DNA of 64,000 nucleotides from Lama glama (taxonomy: Eukaryota): contig CM052818.1 in assembly GCA_028534125.1 (NCBI GenBank), positions 46,068,001 to 46,132,000 on the forward strand, written 5' to 3'. The notes under the pieces are model-generated. The model searched no databases and was not told where the DNA came from. It saw only the letters and a program-made list of their open reading frames with translations. The position numbers and the translations under genes were made by a program. Below, piece by piece: positions 1-14,639 of the stretch; positions within the stretch are counted from its first letter, which is position 1; each line of letters begins with the position of its first letter.

Positions 1-589
1 AGAAGCTTTTTGAACTAGAATTGCTTGTATTCAAAAAATTTGCTACTTGAAAGTGATGGTATACTTCAGTCACATATGGTAATGGTTATTGACAACATCC
101 ATTCTGTTATCAAGGAAGACTCAAAAGAACTCCATAGGTTACGGAGAAGCTTTTCTATACGTGTGTTATGTTGGGGTGCTCTCATAGCGTATTTCAGTCT
201 CTTTTTCTGTTCTGTTACTACTTTACAGTTTGTTACTTACCTTGCAGCAATTCAGAATTACTACAGAATTTTTCTGGTTCTCTGACAAGTTAGCTGGGAA
301 TGTTTTTTATTTTGTGGCCCTTAAAAATTTCAGTTTTTATGATGGCGTAAGTGGAGGAGTTTGCTTAATTGATAAGTGACTTAAAAGAGGGATCAGGTAT
401 ATTACAGTAGACTTTCCAAACAGATCATTTCAGTAGGAGAGAACCCCTGAAATTAGGATAGGGTTTAAAAAATACTATATGTCTATATATACACACACGT
501 ATATACTGAGTGAAATAGAAGAGTTAAACTTGATTAATTAGACACCAAGGCATAAATAAAATATTTTTATTAGTAAAATGGCTTAAGAA

Positions 590-1050
590 ACTAATTGTGA
601 CTTAATGCCATGTGTAGGGCATTGTGCTAAGCAGCACGGGGAAGAACAAAGCTGAGAACCATAGGTTTTGTCCTCCAGTAATTTACGATAAGGAGTGAGT
701 ATGAGAAATATGCGAATATAAGTGATATATAATTCCCTTAAGATGGTCATAAACAAAGTGCTGTGTAGTTCAGTGGAAACAGAAACCTCAGGAAAGGGTT
801 CACAAAGGGTGTCTTTTAGAATGAGCATTGAGGGAGGAGAATTTGGGGGTTGAGGGTATCAATATTCCAAGCAGAAGGAATATACAGGACAGACCTAATT
901 CATGGAGGTTTCTGTGTGAAGAGCAGAATATGTGTAGAGCTGTTGAGGAGAAAAGCCTGTAATGGAAGGTAGGGACTATATAAGAGAATGTCAGAAGGAA
1001 TTTTCTTCGTTTGAATGACAGTGGGGAAGGCATTGAAGGTTTTTGAATGG
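590..1050. mobile_element. Ancient LINE2 fragment
   Basis: Degenerate L2-like motifs (gggcattgtgctaag, attccaagcagaagg, ggaaggcattgaaggtttttga). Confidence 0.5.
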
Positions 1051-2604
1051 TGTGCCTGTGGCAGCATCTAGAATTCATGGTTTTAGTGCTGATTACCAGT
1101 TTGTAATCTGAACTGATAAGTGATAGACTAGTGAACCAGAGTCTGATAATTGGTAAAATAGTGATTTAATAAGAAGTCTATCAAAATAATGGGGAAAGAA
1201 GAATGAAATCTAAAGTTGCTGAACATAAATGCTAAAGCTAGTTTTTTTTCCTTTTTTTTTTTCCCCCCCTTTTGGTGAACAAGAAGGAGAATTTGGTATG
1301 GAGGTAGTAGGTGAAACTGACTTGTTATATAGCTACTAAAAGAGTAACATGGATACTGCAGAATTTTGGTCTTTAATAGCCAAAGATTCTCAACCTCTTT
1401 CCCTTTCATAGAGTAGATTGAGGCTGAAATTATTTGAAACATTTACTCAAAATGAACATGGTGGACAACTCTTAACCCTTTTTATAATCACTGTTTTGAA
1501 AGAGGTTACTGAGGCAGTAAAAAATGTCAAAATATGAAAAAGTAGTATAAAGAGCAAAGGAGATTAACAGGACCCAAATGACCAAGACCAAAATCTTAGT
1601 AGAATTTGAGAGAAATTAAAGAAGATATCACCAAGTTATGTCTGTCTCTCTGTCATTTGTGAAACCAGAGGGTTGGGCTAAAATTTCCAAGTCTCTTCCA
1701 GTTCAGGTATTTTGAAACTATAAAGTTATATGGTCTTAGTCATTGTACTTGTGCTCTGACTTCCAGCTGTAAAATGAGTAGTTTTTAAAATCCAGGTCGA
1801 AGATATGTCATCAGTTTAAAAAATGTTGAAAAACGAATGACCTTAGTGAAATGTCTTATGGAAATGATGATGCAGAAGTCATTGGTGATCCTACAAGAAG
1901 TGTTGGAAATAGCAAAGCTTAAGTGAAAAGATTAGTAAGTCGTATGACAACCAGGCGGTGTCTACAACCATGAATAGGGTGTTTAAGAATTGTTAAGAAC
2001 TTGTTAAGTCAGGGCAAATTGAAGAAAGCAGAAGCGTCCACAAAGCCTTTCTGGGACTTGGGAACTAATATCATTTACAAAGTCTGTGACCTTGGAGTAA
2101 GAACAGGGCATTCAGAGAATAGCATACCAAGATAACCTCTGTCTCAAACAACCCCGTGTTATCCTTGCATGTTGATGATCTTAGTAGACTAATTTCAGTA
2201 GGTTGCTTCAGTATAATATATAAAAATTTTAGAAGCTACGGTCTATGTTAGGATTTTTTTTTAAACTAAGAAACGTTTAAAATAAATAGAAACTGAAAGT
2301 TGTCTATGTTGGTGTGTAAAACCTCTGTAATCTTAATTCAGTAATATGCTTGAATTTAGTTATATTCTAAATTAATTTCTTAATGAAAGTATGTCTAGTG
2401 CTGGTTATTATTTTGAAGTAAGACCGGTATGATGTTCTTGATGAATCTTAATGTAATCCTGTTGACATGGTGGAAAAATTATTGCCTCTGGAATCAGGCT
2501 GTTTTTATTTTATGACTACAGGCAAGTTTCTCTCAGCCTCTGTTTCTTCCTCTATAAATTGATGATGATGGTGCTTGCCCTTTATAGGCTTGTAGTTAAA
2601 ATAA

Positions 2605-2820
2605 TAGCTAATAACTAACATTTATTGGGCATTTACTATACACTAAGCACTATTTTAAGTGCTTGATATATTCACTTTGTTCCCGCTGGCTAGACTGATA
2701 GTATTATTTCTGTTTTAAAGTTGAGAAAACAGGGGCATAAGGAACTTAAGGAATTTGGTCAACATGACAAAGGCAGTGGTAGAGCAAGAATTTGAACCCA
2801 GGTGGTATGACTCCAGATGA
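2605..2820. mobile_element. MIR SINE
   Basis: atagctaataactaacatttattgggcatttacta...gaatttgaacccagg...tgactccaga, MIR-like core. Confidence 0.6.
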
Positions 2821-3130
2821 AATTAAATGAAACACATTTGGTCCTAAATAACATGGTGGCTGACTGAAGATCACAGTGTTTTGAGGAATTTATAGTTTAA
2901 TAAGTATGTTATGTTTATAAGTTAGGAGGGAGGGAAGATAGATCTGGTGGAAAAAACTTACACAGCCTGTAATTTTGAAGCCTTCCTTATATACAGGATA
3001 TTGAAATAAAATTTAAAAAACTTAACTTTTGGATTTTTTCCTTTAGATTATAGGCTCCTTGAAGCCAAGAGTTGTTTTTAAAGAGTGAAATGGAATAGAG
3101 TATTGTTCATATAGGCATATAAGTTTTGAT

Positions 3131-3353
3131 CAGTAGTTCTCAACCGGGGTGAATTTACCTGCCAGGAGACATTTGGCAGATTCTCTGGAGACAGTTTTTG
3201 ATTGTCAGGACTGGGATGGGACTGAGGATGTGCTACTAACATGATGAGTAGAAGCCTAAATGCTGCTAAGCATCACATAATATATAGGAAAATCCCCCAC
3301 AGCAAAGAATTACCTGGCCCAAAATGTCAGTAATGCTGAGGTTGAGAAACCAG
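3131..3353. mobile_element. MER20-like hAT-Charlie DNA transposon relic
   Basis: Starts cagtagttctcaacc and ends ggttgagaaacc (terminal inverted repeats); internal gacatttggca and cccaaaatgtcagtaatgctgagg. Confidence 0.8.
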
Positions 3354-4429
3354 GTAAGATCACAAATAAAACAAGCATTATTGAGTTGTACTGAATGGTA
3401 TAATACCCGTCCTTTGGATTCTTACTAATATGTTGGCATTTTGTCAGAACCCTTTGTCTAGACTTAAGTCACTTTTTTTTCTTTGACACTTCTGTGTGTA
3501 TGCTATTTAACTCCACAGTTCATCTTTCTGGAACTTACTCAGTGGGTCCTGTACTTTCAGATTTCCACCTCAGGGTTACCTCCATGGCCCTGAGCTTTTT
3601 CCTTTTAAAAACTTGGCACAAAGAAAAAGGATCCAATTGTAATTATAGTGAGGTCTATTTAGGAAGAGGCAGTTAAAATTAATGAACAGCAAATAGTCTC
3701 CCTCTCCTTCATAACTGCTATTAATAGTTTGACATACGCGGTTCCGGATGTTTAACCCCGTAGCGTGTGTCTATTTGGAAGTTGCATGATTATATTAATG
3801 CCCTATTGAACGTTTAGGTTGTAAATAGTTTTTCTCCATTATAAACAACATTGGGAAGAACATCCTTGTTGCATGCTTTATGCTGAGATTTACTTAGGTT
3901 AAGTTTCTTGAAATGGAATTTCCAAATCAGAAGATGGGCATTTTTTCTTTTCCCCCCCAGAGAGTCCTCTGAAAAGATTGTACATGTTTATACTGTCATC
4001 AGCAGTTGTTGAGAGGGGCCATTTCCCCTTACCCTCTCCAGCACAGACAGTTATTTGAGGTTAACAAAAATCTAGTGACTGTAGGGTTTGAAAATTTACC
4101 TCTTTGTTCAGTATTGGATGTAATGAGGACTTACCTTGTTCTCACAAAAGGCTAGTTATGACTTTTTTTAAAAGTCTCATATACAGTTTCACTTATAAGA
4201 TGATACCATAGCATGAGATGAGTTAATTCAAGAAGTTTGACAGTTGGGAAATCTGCTTTATGATATATATCAATACCAGTTTTTGTATTTAGTACTAGTT
4301 CTTTCAGAGTAACAGCAGAAGCTATCTGTACCATTGACTTTTCTTGATATCAAGGAAGGATGGTAAACAGGCATCATTTAAAAGACGTGAAAAAATTATA
4401 GTCCATCCATTCTCCTTTAATCAAACTCT

Positions 4430-5350
4430 TAATCCATGAGTAAATCAACAGTGAAGTTTTCTTGAATATTTCATAGTAAATAATTTGACTGGATTCTAAA
4501 ACATTGTTTACATATTAAAGTGTTTAAAGACAAAATGATGATATCTAGGGCTTCAAAATAAAGGATAGGGGTGCAGATGAAACAAGTGTGTCTATGAATT
4601 AATATAGTTGCAGCTAGCTTTAATGGGAATTCATTATATTGTGCTCTCTCCTCCTGTGTATGTTTGAAATTTTCCATAATTGAAAAGCTTCCTTTTATCC
4701 CACCCCCCGAAATTCTACTCTTAGGTATTTACACAAGAGGGAAAGATCTGTACAAGAATGGCCATAGCAGCTTTGTTCTAAGAGCAGAAAACTGAAACAA
4801 TCCACTAGTAGGAACATGAATAAACAGTGGTTTATTCATACTGTGGAATACTACTCAGCAGTAAAAAGGAATGGACTACTGCTACATACTGCAGTATAGA
4901 TGAATGTCAAAAACATGCTATGTAGAAGAAGCTTTGTGTGAAAAAAGTACATGTTATTCCATTTATATGAAATTCTAGAACAAGTAGAAGTAGTCTGTGG
5001 ATGAAAAATCAGAAGAGTGGTGGCCTCGGAATGGAGGCAGGGATTGACTGGCAAGGGACAGGAGGAAACTTTCTGTGATGATTGTGTGTTCTTTGTGTTG
5101 ATATGGATTTGAGTTACACAGGTGTATGCATTTGTGGGAACTCAGCAAATATGCACTTAACATTTGTACATTTTATTGTATATAAATTTTACTTCAAAAG
5201 GAAATAAATTCTAGTTAGTGATATTCATGTACTGATGTCTTTAGTTTCCACAAAAATTAATAGAAATGGATGGGTATGTGATAAAGCAGTATGGTAAAAG
5301 GTTAATGGTAGGATCTAGGTGGTGGGTATGTGGGTGCTCACTGTAATTGT
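4430..5350 (+). mobile_element. Old L1 (L1ME-like) 3' fragments
   Basis: gaatactactcagcagtaaaaagga...attccatttatatgaaattctagaa...ggaaactttctg...atgcacttaa motifs. Confidence 0.6.
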
Positions 5351-5769
5351 TGGTTGCCATGTATTAGGGGTATGGGGTACATTGCTGTGGTTGAATGCCT
5401 TTAATACTTAGAGCAAGAGAAGTCATGAAACCCTTAACCTCAAGATAGGTGTGGAAAGGTATTGATCACACAGCTAGCAGATAGGAATGATAGACTTGAC
5501 ACCATAGCTTTTGTTTTTATTTGATGGTGAATGCTAAGTAGATAGCTGGAGTTACAGGGTGCAGTGGAAGACTTGCATAACAGACCATACTCTGGGGCAG
5601 TGGTTCTCAGACTTCTTGGTCTTAGGACCCCTTTGCACACACTTAAAAATATTATACAACCTAAAAGCTTTTGTTTGTGTAGATTAGATTTATAGATATT
5701 TATTATTAGAAATTAAAACAGAACTTTGTAATCCATTTAGAATAACAAACCCATTAGAAGTTAATATAG

Positions 5770-6935
5770 CTTGTTTTTTTCAATTGTAAAATACACATGA
5801 TATAAAATTGACTGTTTAACGTATACAGTTCTGTGCCATTAAGTACATTCACACTGTTGTGCAGCCATCACCACTGTCCATCTCTGGACTCACCGAGTGA
5901 CTCTGAAATTCTCTACCCATTAAATAATAACTCCCAATGAGTTCCCCCTCCCCCAACTCCTGTAACCACCAGTCTACTTTCTGTCTCTGAATTTGACTAT
6001 ACCTCATATAAGTGGAGTCATGTATTTGTATTTGGTTTATTTCACTTAGCATAGGGTTTTCCTGTTTATTCATGTTGTACATGTATCACATTTCATGCCT
6101 TTTATGGCTGAATAATATTCCATTGTATGGATATACTACATTTTAAATTTTTGTCACCTCTTGGTGGAGATTTGTGTTGCTTCCACCTTTTGGCTGTGAA
6201 AAATAATGCTTCTGTGAACCTTTGGGTACATGTTTTTATGTGGACATGTTTTTATTTCTCTTGGGTATATACTTGGGTCAAAAGGTAACTGAGAAACTGC
6301 CAGACTGTTTTCCAAAGTGGACACACCATTTTAAATTCCCATCAGCAGTGTACTAGAGTGTCGATATCTCTACAGCCTCACCAACAATCCTACTGGGTGT
6401 GAAGTGGTATGTCACTGCTTTTGATTTGTATATCTCAGCTGATTAATAGATGTTGAACATATTTTTATGTGCTTATTGGCCATTTATATGTTTTTGGAAA
6501 ATTGTCAGTTCGAACCCTTTGCTCATTTTTAAATTGAGTTGTCTTTTTATTGAGTTGTAAAGTTCTTTATATATTTTGGGTACTGCACCTTTGTCAGATT
6601 TGTGATATACAAGTATTTTCTCCCATTCTGTAGGTTGTCTTTTACTTTCTTGATAGTGTTCTTTGAAACACAAAAGTTGTTAATTTTGATGAAGTCTGAC
6701 TAATATTTTTTTCTTAGGTTGCTTGTGCTTTTGTTGTGATGTTTAAGAAACCATTACCTAATCCAAGGTCATGAGGATTTACACCTATGCTTTCATCTAA
6801 GCATTTTATTGTCTTAGTTCTTTCATTTAGATTTTTGGTCCATTTTGGGTTAATTTTTGCATATGGTGTGAAGAAGGGGTCCAACCTTCATTCTTTTCAT
6901 GTGGCTATCCAGTTGTCCCAGCACCATTTATTGAA
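5770..6935 (-). mobile_element. L1 3' fragment (ORF2 C-terminus and 3'UTR, degenerate)
   Basis: ORF 6473-6673(-) contains KRQPTEWEKI...SDKG, typical of L1 ORF2; antisense L1 motif tcccagcaccatttattgaa. Confidence 0.85.
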
Positions 6936-9900
6936 ATATTAATTCATATGTCCTTGATCTGAAATTCTCAACTTTTGGAAAAAATAACAAGTGGTTTGGC
7001 ATAAAAAGTTCACTTAAGGAAAACTTATGATTACTCCATTCTTCATGCTCCATCCAAAATGTTCACCCAAAGCACTCCATGTTTTGTTTTCCTCCATCTA
7101 CTCATTGCTTTTCTTGCTCGCAGAGCCTTCCTTCTCCCATTTCTGTGTTGAAATCACCTATTCTGCAAGATATTATTTAGGTATCACTGCACTCTCCCAG
7201 TTAGTTACCAAGTATAGCTTATTAATACTTTCAGATGTTTCTTTCACTATCCTATGTGCAATTATGGGTAGGAGAGATGTCTGTTTACCTGTACGGAAAC
7301 TGAGGCATATTGATTTGTTTAGTTATACAGCCAGTTAGCTGTGACCTTAAATTCAACTCTAGAATAGTGCCCTTTCCATTCTCATTGCCTTTCACTGTAA
7401 TGCCTTCCTTTGTAGACCCTATTCTTCTGAGATCACCTCATCTTTCTCTGAAATCTCTCTTGTGTGGAAGTTAGGGAGAATCGGCACTTTATAAGTGGGG
7501 GAGGGAATAATTAACACCTAAAAAAATTTTGAAACCATTATCATATTTGCTGGAGTCCAAGTTCCTTAACAGGACTTAAGGAACTTTTCAAGGTTATTTT
7601 TTGTGCTGTACCCAGTAGTTCAATTGAATGTAATCAGTAACCCATGTAAGTTTAGTTGCAGATGCAGAATAATTTCCTTAACATGGCCTCTTAGATTCTT
7701 GTTGACCCTGTTCTTCCCTTGGTAGATTAAAGGCTAGACTAGAGGGTTGTATATAATATAGCTGCAGAGATAAATGTATGTGGCATGGGTTAGCCACAAT
7801 AAAAAAAAATTAGCCTGCAAATAATTATATAATTTCTATAATGTAGAAATGGCTTAATTCAACTTGTCATAGTCTTTTGAAAGACAAAGCTTATATGAAA
7901 GTACACTAGTGTCTTTTTGCTAGTATACGATACTATCTATTTTTAGTATTCCTAGGATATAGCAAAACTTGATCCATATACTAAGAAAGGCAGTTTTGAC
8001 CTACTTTTAATTACTTGAACATATTTTCTTTTAGCCGTCTGTCCAGTTGGACTACTCATGACCAAGCTAAGATTTGACTCCCCATTCTGTTAGTTTTGTT
8101 TTTACTTTTAAGGAAAATTCTTGTTTTCTCACTGTAATTTTCTTTTACTTTGAAAATTGAAGTGGCTAACATAGTTTATGGATAGTAGTAAATTGCACGT
8201 TCTCTAAAGGGAAGGAAGTATGGACATTGATACTTTCCTTAGTTCTCTCGGTAGGACTGAACTTGACAGCGTTGATAAATTGTGCTTGTGTATGGGTAAT
8301 TGTTTTTGATGCAGGTTGACAAATTTGGAAAGCAGTATTAGTGTTGTCAATGTATGTATTAAGTTGTCCTTCCAGACCTTTATATCTTGGCCAGATAGTT
8401 GGGAATCTTTGAGCAGTGGGGGTAACATTCCATACCTTTTACCTTGCTGTTATGGCCGCATGGTCTCCAGCTGCTAAAATGTGGAGATACAGAAAGTCAG
8501 AGACAAAAGACTGGACATTACATTTGTTTCTAAGAATATCTGGAATTGGCTCGGATGCTGTGGGTGAAGTAAGGGGACAAATACCATGATTATCTTTAAT
8601 ACTGGCACGTTGCAGTTCAGACACACCCATTATTTGTCAGCGGCTTAAACTCTTTCTGTTATGTGTCTTCACTGCAGTCATAGCAGCTCTGTAAGCTGAG
8701 TTGGAAGACAAGATGAACATTCGTATACAAGAGAGCATTTATATTGTTTTTGTTTTAAGTGCTAATTGTTTAGGGGAGGGGAGAGGGGTGTACTATGCCC
8801 ACAAAAGGGTCATCCCAGCCCATGAAAAGTACTACTGTGCTACAGCGGATGTTGATAGCAATACTACTGTCATTGGTACCTGGGTTGTGGGATGGTGGTT
8901 GCTAGCCATCTAATAGACCAGGAGAAAGAATTTGGAAATAATTGGGGATGGGGAGATAGATAAAGCTTTTTCTCTTTTTATTAAGAACCTTGGATTCTTT
9001 TTATCTGTTTCCTCCCCTTCCCCTCTGCCTGCTTATCCTCTGGATTTTAGCTCCTTATTTCCTTTTGCCCACAAAAATAATTAACCACTTGATTACATGA
9101 ATTACTCTGGCTTATTATTACGTTCCCTCTAACTGCAGTAGCACCCCTTTAGGCTTGAGGAATTCTCTGACCATGACGATAGTTCATCATGACACATTAA
9201 TCATAATAATTCTTGATTCATTAATATGACAGCTATTTCAGCCAGTATTGGATTTTAGGTCTTTTGTTACTTTTAGAATCATATCACAAAAAGTTTGAAC
9301 ACTTCTGGTACAAGGTGGTTTTTAGTCTACACCCTTCCTCCCAGGAAGGCATGTTCATATTCATCAATGCTCCAGAGCTGTTTGAATTTTAGTAAATAGA
9401 AATTAGAGATATGAAGACCCAATAACACTTTTTCATGGATTTCCCCCTCTCAAATCAGGATAAGGAAGAATCGTTCATCTGCGTTGCCCGATGAGTAAAA
9501 CAGTGCTGTATACTTATGGTCCAGGGTTTGTCTCCTTGGCCTTATGGGCTCCAGATCTACTTTGTCAGCATACTGAGAAGCAAACTGCAAGAATTACAAG
9601 TCAGGCAGAGTGGTGGTCTAGCCGTGTTTATTGCTTGCAGGCAGAATTACTAGAGGAACCAAATTAGCATTAGAAGATTGTCTGATGAGCAGCAAGAGGC
9701 AGTAGTTGGATGATCTTCCAACACTGCTGCATCCAGCTTCAGTATAGGTGCTTGCTATTGGATGACTGTTCATAAACCCAAGTACCCTCTTCTCTGAATA
9801 GTGCTGGAGATACTAGCAGTGTTGCTTTTTCACTTTCCCCCCAACACCTGCTGTATTCCCATCACCTAATGAGTGCCTATATGTTTTGCTTCTTAGAGCA

Positions 9901-11102
9901 CCACTTCAGGTATTTGGGAGCACCTCTTTGTTGCTCCATGCTTTTCCTGGTGGTGCAAGAATGGTAATATAATAGAAATAAGTTTGGATGTCAGTCAGTT
10001 GGGACAGTGCTTCCCAACTCCCTTTGTGTTGTGGCACTCACAGACAAACCATATTGGTGTGGCACACTAGGGAAGATGGATTTTTCCCCCCAGCTTCACC
10101 CTGCTTCTGAGGTGGCTGAGGGGATCAGTACTCCTTTATCACTTACATTAGTTATAAGCTCTAGGTTTAGAGTCTAAACCTGAAGGACCAGTGAGTGCTA
10201 GGCTTCAAGTTTATTCTTTAACAGACCATTGGGAATTTTGAGCAAGGAATTAACATGCCTAGAATGGAATTTATGCTTAATCTTGCAGCAGAGTATCAAA
10301 TGGATTAGAGAAAGAAGCCTGAAACCTTGTAGATCAGTTAGGTCTTTGGATTAGTTGAAGTGAAATGATACGGTTAACTCGGGTAATAGAAATAGGAATG
10401 AGGCTGAGAGGATAGATCAAAATACGGGTACAGAGATATAATCAGTAGGGCTTTACAACTGGTGGGAGGGGTGGGAAATGGAGAGTGAAAAGGCAAAGGT
10501 TGTAGTGATAAGCCTGAGTGAATAGGAGGTAGGAGGATAGTGGAGAATTAGTAGAAATAAGGAATATAAATATAGAAACGTTTGGAATTAAATTTATTCT
10601 TGTTTAGGGCATATTGAGGTCTAAATGAGTATCATTTAGAAGTGTGTAAGAATAGTCAGTAACACTACTGAGAAGTTAGGATTGTGGATGGGGTAGTGGG
10701 AGGGGTTACATTACCCCTGAGTTTATTGCAGTTTATAGTATGGCCTCTAGCCTTGTTGACTCAAAACACACCAGGGTGGAGCCGTTTTTCAGGGATGGAT
10801 CCACAATAATCAAGCTCATGTGACTGATGTGTAAAACCAGTAATATTCATTTATTTGTTTACTGTGATGAATAACTAGCACAAAGATTGAAATACTTGTG
10901 TTGGCATGACCAGGAAATTCTCATTCAGGAGGCAGATAGGCTCACACAGGAATCAAGTCTAACCAGGAAGTTGCTTAGTAAGGTGGCATTATAACAAGAG
11001 AAATTGGATGGCTGCTCAAATGTTTAATGTCCATCATCTCCAGGGTAGGGCTTGGATTGATCAGTGGGTTGATTGACTGTGATTACTCCCCCTAGACGAC
11101 GT

Positions 11103-11220
11103 AGTTATCCCTTAATGTCCAAGGGGGGTTGATTCCAGGAGCCCCCGCGGGTACCTAAATCTGCAGATGCTCAAGTCCCTTACATAAAACGGTGTAGTAT
11201 AGTGAATATAGTCGGCCCTC
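11103..11220. mobile_element. MER2/Tigger-like DNA transposon fragment
   Basis: gattccaggagcccccgcgggtacctaaatctgcagatgctcaagtcccttacataaaacggtgtagta. Confidence 0.65.
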
Positions 11221-12315
11221 CCTCTGAGCAACTTCTAGATTATGACTGTATATTGGATTCATTGTCTGTATCCCTTTTCTGTTTCCATGCTTCTCACTGT
11301 TCTTTCTGATCGACTCATCCTTACTTTTCAAGTATGTTTACTGTACATACTGTCAGATTATAGTCAAGTCTTGCATTCTTATTAATTTGCTACACATATA
11401 TGTGTGTATATTCTAGATGAAATGAAGTCTTTTCCTTTAGTGGTTTATAGTTAAGAGAGGGAGGATGTATGTTCCCGAAGTATACTGTGTTCTTTGCCAA
11501 AGTTTCCACAGTCTTGACTTGGAGAAAATTATGTCCAGAGGCTTGGGTGATTAAGTGTGGGGGCCAGGGAAGTAAGAAGCATTAGGATGACACCAGTTTC
11601 TAACTAGGGCAAGTGAATGCTTCTCCTAAGGCAGGAAATTGAGTAGGGAAGGAGAATCAACAGCAGATTGTGTTAGGAAGACAAATTTAATGCGTTTTAA
11701 ATGAGTAAAGTTTAAAGTCCCAATGACCCATCCAGATGTCAATAAATATAAATAGGAGCGCTCGACCTGGTGCTTGAGAGAAAGATTTGTGTGGTGGTGC
11801 ATGGTGACTAAGGTTTGTGTACCAAGCGGTGTTCTAAAGTAATTTGTATTAAGTGACTCTCTTCACGACAGCCTGCGAGGTAGGGATCGTCATTAACTCT
11901 GTTTTACAGAAGAATAAACTGAGGTGTGAACTGCAGAAGTAAATTGCCCAGCTAGGTAAAGAGCATGTTTGTGAGTCATTAGCACACAGATACTGGTTTA
12001 AGTTGTGCCAATAAAAATCTAAAATGAACCCACATCTTGTCAGTTACCTTAAAATGGATAGTGAGCTTGAAATATTTGAGATTCGTGATTATTCTGATGA
12101 AATATTTCCTCCTGGTAACAGTTTGTATTGTCATAGTTAATTGTCTGACTTTAGAAAGTACAGTCTTAAAAGGCAGGTACCTGTTGTTGGTTTGGGGGGG
12201 TGGGGTGGGTGCATTAACTATCCTTAAAAATTGAAATAATCCTCTACAAGAGGGTTGGAAAACACATGCCTTTTTATATCCAGTCAATCCTTTGCATATA
12301 TGTAATACGAAAGAA

Positions 12316-12528
12316 CAGATACTGACTGGTATATATAAAAAAGATAAACAAGTGTATACTGTATAGCACAGGGAAACATATTCAATATCTCGTAGCTTAA
12401 AAAAGAATATGAAAAGTATATGAAAATGAATATATGTATATTCATATATGACTGAAGAATTGTGCTGTACACAAGGAATTGACACAACATTGTAAACTGA
12501 CTATTCCTCAGTTTTAAAAAAAAAAAGA
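12316..12528 (+). mobile_element. Short 5'-truncated young L1 3' end with poly-A
   Basis: tactgtatagcacagggaa...gacacaacattgtaaactgactat then poly-A; possible TSD aaagaac. Confidence 0.75.
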
Positions 12529-14639
12529 ACTTTTGTCCTTCTAAATAATCTGACATACTGTCCTCTGCAAACTTGAGATATCATACATGTATTGTCATTC
12601 AGCATCTTGTAATAATTCTGTATTGTTATAATTTTGAAAGAATGTTTTCATAGATTATGACCAGGGATTTTCCAGTTACTTAGAATTTGAGTTGCTGTAA
12701 TTATTCTACTTGGTGACTCCTCTTTTATTCCATTACTTCTTCCTTCCCATTCTAAAAAGTTTCTTCTAGTAAAAGCCTGAATGGGAACTTCTGTCTTTGT
12801 CTGGAAATGTCTTTCTTTTGTACTTGCTTTTATATGGTACTTTAATTGGTTATAGAATTCTAGCTGACAGCTGTTTTTCTCAGCACTTTGAAGATCCTAG
12901 GTTGTTTTCTAATGGAAAAATCAACTGTCAGTCATACTGTTGTTTCTTCCTTTATAGGTAACATGTCATTTCTCTGGTTGCTTTTAAGTGTTTTCTTGTC
13001 TTTGACATTCTGCAATTTTACCATGATGGTCTCAGTATGAATTTATTTTTATTTTATTTTGCTTGGAATTTAGTGTGCTTTTCCACTTTGAAGATTATTT
13101 ATACTATTAACTGGGAGAATCTCAGCCATTATCTCTAAGCAGCATCTTTTCCTCATTCTTTCTGTTCTCCCCTGTGGAATTCCTGTCGCATATTATCTTA
13201 GATATCATATCTTAGACGTCTCTTTTTGTTTGCATCTTTTGACTTACCTGCAATATTTTTGTCTTGTTAGTTCTTTGTTCTGTGTTTCTTCAAATATGCC
13301 TTCCATTTTACTAGTTCTTCTTTTTTCCCTTTTTTCTTTTCTTTTTTAAATTCTAAAAGCTCCTCTTCTTCACCACCACCACGTTTCTTAATATTCCTTG
13401 CATCCTGTTCTGTCTCCAAGCTTCTGTTTCCCCTTTTTTCCCCTTTGTTTTTGTAATCAAGAAAAATTTTCAAACTTATACAGAAATAAAGAGAATGCTG
13501 TAATAACACCCCCCCTCCATGTGCCATTACCCAGCTCTAGCAGTTTGGAATTCTGGAATTCTGTTTTGTTTATATCCCCAACACACAAACGCATTATTTT
13601 GAAGCCAGTCCTGAGCATCATCCGTTTAATCCATATATATATAAATATATGTCCTTAAAAATTATTTAATATTTTAAACATACTTATTTTATGTTTTATT
13701 GCACAGTTTCATTTTTAAGTTCTTGCGTACTAACCATTTGCCTACTGATCTCTCATGATGGTGGATCTGTCCTTTGATTAGTTTTGTTACTTTAAAAATG
13801 TGGTTATAGTTTTTCCTATGGAACTTGTGTGTGCCTTGGATTATGGATGTGTCTTTACACAGTGGTTTTGATGATTTGTTTCTGCTGGGCATCCTAAGCC
13901 TTGGCCCACTTTTACACACATTTTCAGCCTGTGGATTCACACATCATGTATGAAATAAAAATTTGAATAGTGTCTGCACAGAACATGGGTTTGGGTTCCA
14001 GTTTTTCATGGAAGACGACACCCGCTCACACTCCCAGAAAGCCCAAGAAATAACGTTCTTGGTACTTCTCAGCAGTGATAGTATTTTTCTAGGGTCCCTG
14101 TGCCTTACACACCACTGTCATTGTGTTGTAAATTTTTACTTTTTGCTCTTTCATCTTCCTATCTAGCACATGAATATCTCCCTTCTTTCTTTGGAGCTCT
14201 GCTGTAGTTTGTCTTCTATTTTATCTATTTCTGTTTAGCATTTTGATTATTTTTAGAAGGGAAGTTCTGTTCAGTCTTAAAGTGTTGCCACAACCAGGAA
14301 GTCATGTTTCTGCCCATCTTTTTTAAGGTGAAGGGTCACAGATTTCTTACATACTCCATACTAAGAGTGAGTGAGAGGTTTATGTGTGTGTTTTAATCTG
14401 ATACATTGCTGTTCAGGTAACATTATGTGTTACCATTTCATATGGTCCAGAAGATAATACCTAAACACACATTCAGACTTGTATTTAAATTAAAAGTCTT
14501 CTGATCGTGTATTTCATTTGTGCTAAAATCAAATAGTCACATTAACTTGTGCTTCTCATATTGGTCAGAAATGTTGGTAATGTTATATCTGAATTAATAT
14601 AATTGAAAATATTAATAAATGCAGTTTTATTGCCAGACA

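Noticed and set aside
8200..8920. Complex-looking intronic sequence with short ORFs
   Set aside because: No recognisable homology; cannot support a call
11979..12485. 168-aa minus-strand ORF
   Set aside because: Starts in the antisense of an AT-rich L1 tail; no recognisable domain or splice context
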